Below are positions 34,976 to 37,373 of a stretch of 37,373 nt of DNA, piece by piece (positions within the stretch are counted from its first letter, which is position 1; every line of letters starts with the position of its first letter). The position numbers were made by a program, and so were the translations under genes. The notes under the pieces are model-generated. The model saw only the letters and a program-made list of their open reading frames with translations. It was not told where the DNA came from and searched no databases. The stretch is from the NCBI RefSeq assembly GCF_001194135.2, contig NC_069003.1, positions 4,218,592 through 4,255,964 on the forward strand, given 5' to 3'. The stretch is from Octopus bimaculoides. Taxonomy: Eukaryota.

Positions 34976-35470
34976 TCAAAGAGGAACTACGGTAAGAACT
35001 CTTCCCCTTTTGTATGCAAACACCCTAATGTACACATTATAACCAAAAAACATGAACAAAATAAATATTCCTCTGATCAGACCATTAGTCGTAGGAACAC
35101 CAGATCATTTTCAAAATCTCAACAAAGATTACCTACAAAAAAACGGGAAAAAAACCGACCTAGAACCAGAAACAATACCAGACAATCCTCTCAGATCACT
35201 AAAACCAATACTTACAAATGTAAAAAGAAGATGTTTAATTCTGAAAATAGGAAGGCAAACATAACAACACCAGGTAAAATAACACAACAAAAACACAAAC
35301 TTCAAGTCAACACTAACAGAAATAGTAACCATAAACAGAATAAAATTCATTTTTTAATGTCAGGACAACAAACACTCCAAGAAGTAACATGCCCAAAACA
35401 ACTGGACACATAGACCCTAAGATAATTAATCTTTCCAGAAGAGATCTTGACTATGATGAAACCCAACTTC
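34976..35470 (+). pseudogene. Probable N-terminal ORF remnant of a Penelope-like element
   Basis: Stop-free K/R/N/T-rich frame 34976-35413 on an A/C-rich strand, then a frameshift into ...DPKIINLSRRDLDYDETQL up to the gap. Resembles the PLE pre-RT motif (V/I)INLS..L...E..LL.KGL.F. Confidence 0.55.
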
Positions 35471-35492
35471 NNNNNNNNNNATTCACAGTAAC

Positions 35493-35546
<54 letters not shown>

Positions 35547-36244
35547 TTATATACACACACGTGTGCACGGGAAAAGTTTTCCAGGTTCCCCCTCAGCTTG
35601 AAGAACAAATATTTAAGTAGGCATCCATCATAGTTAACGCAGGTATTCACCAACCAAACCATAAAAATCCCTGGGACGCCTTCTCCGTGAGAAACGAATA
35701 GTTAAGGCTATGGTAATATACTTTATAGAAGGAGCAACAGAAATAAAGAATCTTGGAATTGCCTTCAACTTAAACGAAGTAGTGAGAAACATAATAGAGT
35801 GAATCACATAATGCACATAAACAAAAGAAATAGTTAAGGGAATAGTTATGCAGAATAATAGAAGTAAATCCAGGGAAAACCTCTGTGAGAAGAGTATACA
35901 GTTAAGAGAGTCAATAGAACGATCCACACAGTCAAATAAGATAGTCCTTGTTTGAAGAATATACAGTTAAGATTGAGACATATTTACACGGAGCACAACG
36001 ATATAGATTACAGAATAAAGGGAAAAAATTATGTAATGTCTTCTCTCGACAACTGATTGAAGGTGGCCGTAACTGTCTTAATAAACGTATTCGTAGATAT
36101 GATATGTATACGATGCCATAGTTGTGCCACTACCGAGAAGTCCAGACGAGTTTGCTAAATTAAGCTGGGCTTCCTTCTTCAGGAGTAAAGCATTAAAACA
36201 TTTGCCACTCTACTCTGCCTTACTGCATCTACACATATATACGC

Positions 36245-36275
<31 letters not shown>

Positions 36276-37079
36276 TTATACAGCAAATGTGGTTCAGGGA
36301 GACAGCGGAATTTAGCGAAAAGCATATAGAACAGACGCAAACAAGTTCAGTTCTTCGCCTGGTGTTGAGCAAATATCCACCATATTTCGAAAGCCTCAAC
36401 AATATCATTCAATTTAGAGTTGTTAGCAAGATAAAATGTTGTATAAAAAAACTGTGGACACGACAGACGCAAACGGCTTGAAGAAAAATGATACATGTAG
36501 AATAACAAGAGTATATAGTGTCTGTCGATCAAGCAGTAAATAATGGGGAATTATACGATTGAGATTTTCTTTCTTACTTGTTTTCGTCTGCGGCATAGTT
36601 AAATATTAGTTTCTGATAAACTCCTAATGAGGATGAAAGCAGAGTATTGTCTAACAAACATACAATTGTGTTATACACGCAACAATAAGTGCAAGAGTGT
36701 ATATATAAATATATATACATGTGTGTGTGTGTTTGTGTGGTGGAAGTACAGTTATCTGTAACTTTATGTGATGAAGTATTCCTTGTTGATCTTTTACGCT
36801 TGAACAGCTAAATGCATTTGGAACATCTAGTCGAGGGCTCAAAAAAGCAATGATTCTGAAGCGTGCGTAGAACTATAATATAAAATGGCGTTTACCATTA
36901 ATTCCCTTACATTTGCTCTGCAGCTCATAACTACTAATGATACTCAGAACAGAAGTTACTTGGATTACGAATATAAACGCTAAGCTCTAAGAACAGCAGC
37001 ACAAGTCGGACATCGAGTTCTACTCAACATTACTTCTAAATATATGGATGTAAAACATACACATAGAAATATGGGAGAT

Positions 37080-37085
37080 ATATGC

Positions 37086-37120
<35 letters not shown>

Positions 37121-37373
37121 CATATATACATATATATATACATATACATATATATACATATACATATATATACATATACATATATATACATATACATATA
37201 TATACATATATATACATATACATATATATACATATATATATACATATACATATATATATACATATATATATACATATATATATACATATATATATACATA
37301 TATATATACATATATATACATATATATACATATATATACATATATATACATATATATACATATATATATACAT
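37080..37373. repeat. (TA)n/(TACATA)n compound microsatellite
   Basis: Directly visible to the window end. Confidence 0.95.

Noticed and set aside
35634-35927. Hydrophobic ORF loosely resembling GPCR TM2-TM3 or a ligand-gated channel pre-M1 segment
   Set aside because: No DRY or conserved Cys, wrong spacing, an upstream in-frame stop and a local duplication (GAAGARTATACAGTTAAGA twice); most likely chance on a T-rich strand. BLASTX would settle it.

Overview
Eukaryotic, AT-rich, non-genic DNA from a gapped assembly, with 11 N-gaps that mostly abut microsatellites. Repeat content and microsatellite density most resemble an octopus (cephalopod) genome; this is inferred from recognising the repeats, not from a search. 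I find no intact host protein-coding gene, and nearly every ORF in the supplied track is translated microsatellite or N-run. The window holds about 25 copies or fragments of three tRNA-derived SINE-like families (A, B, C), three copies of a hAT-type MITE, and a 5'-truncated tRNA-Glu pseudogene. It also holds four decayed retroelement coding remnants that the track misses or only partly captures: a two-C2H2-finger LINE end, an R4/Dong-like RLE end, a Penelope-like GIY-YIG end and a probable Penelope-like N-terminus. The most notable signal is three Penelope-like element (PLE) termini sitting in (TA)n tracts. Each carries a different minimal type I hammerhead ribozyme fold with a palindromic stem III and a non-canonical or damaged core. 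The ribozyme at 31946-32000 is overlapped by an 82-bp inverted repeat (44-bp perfect palindrome) whose upstream arm is antisense to the whole catalytic core.
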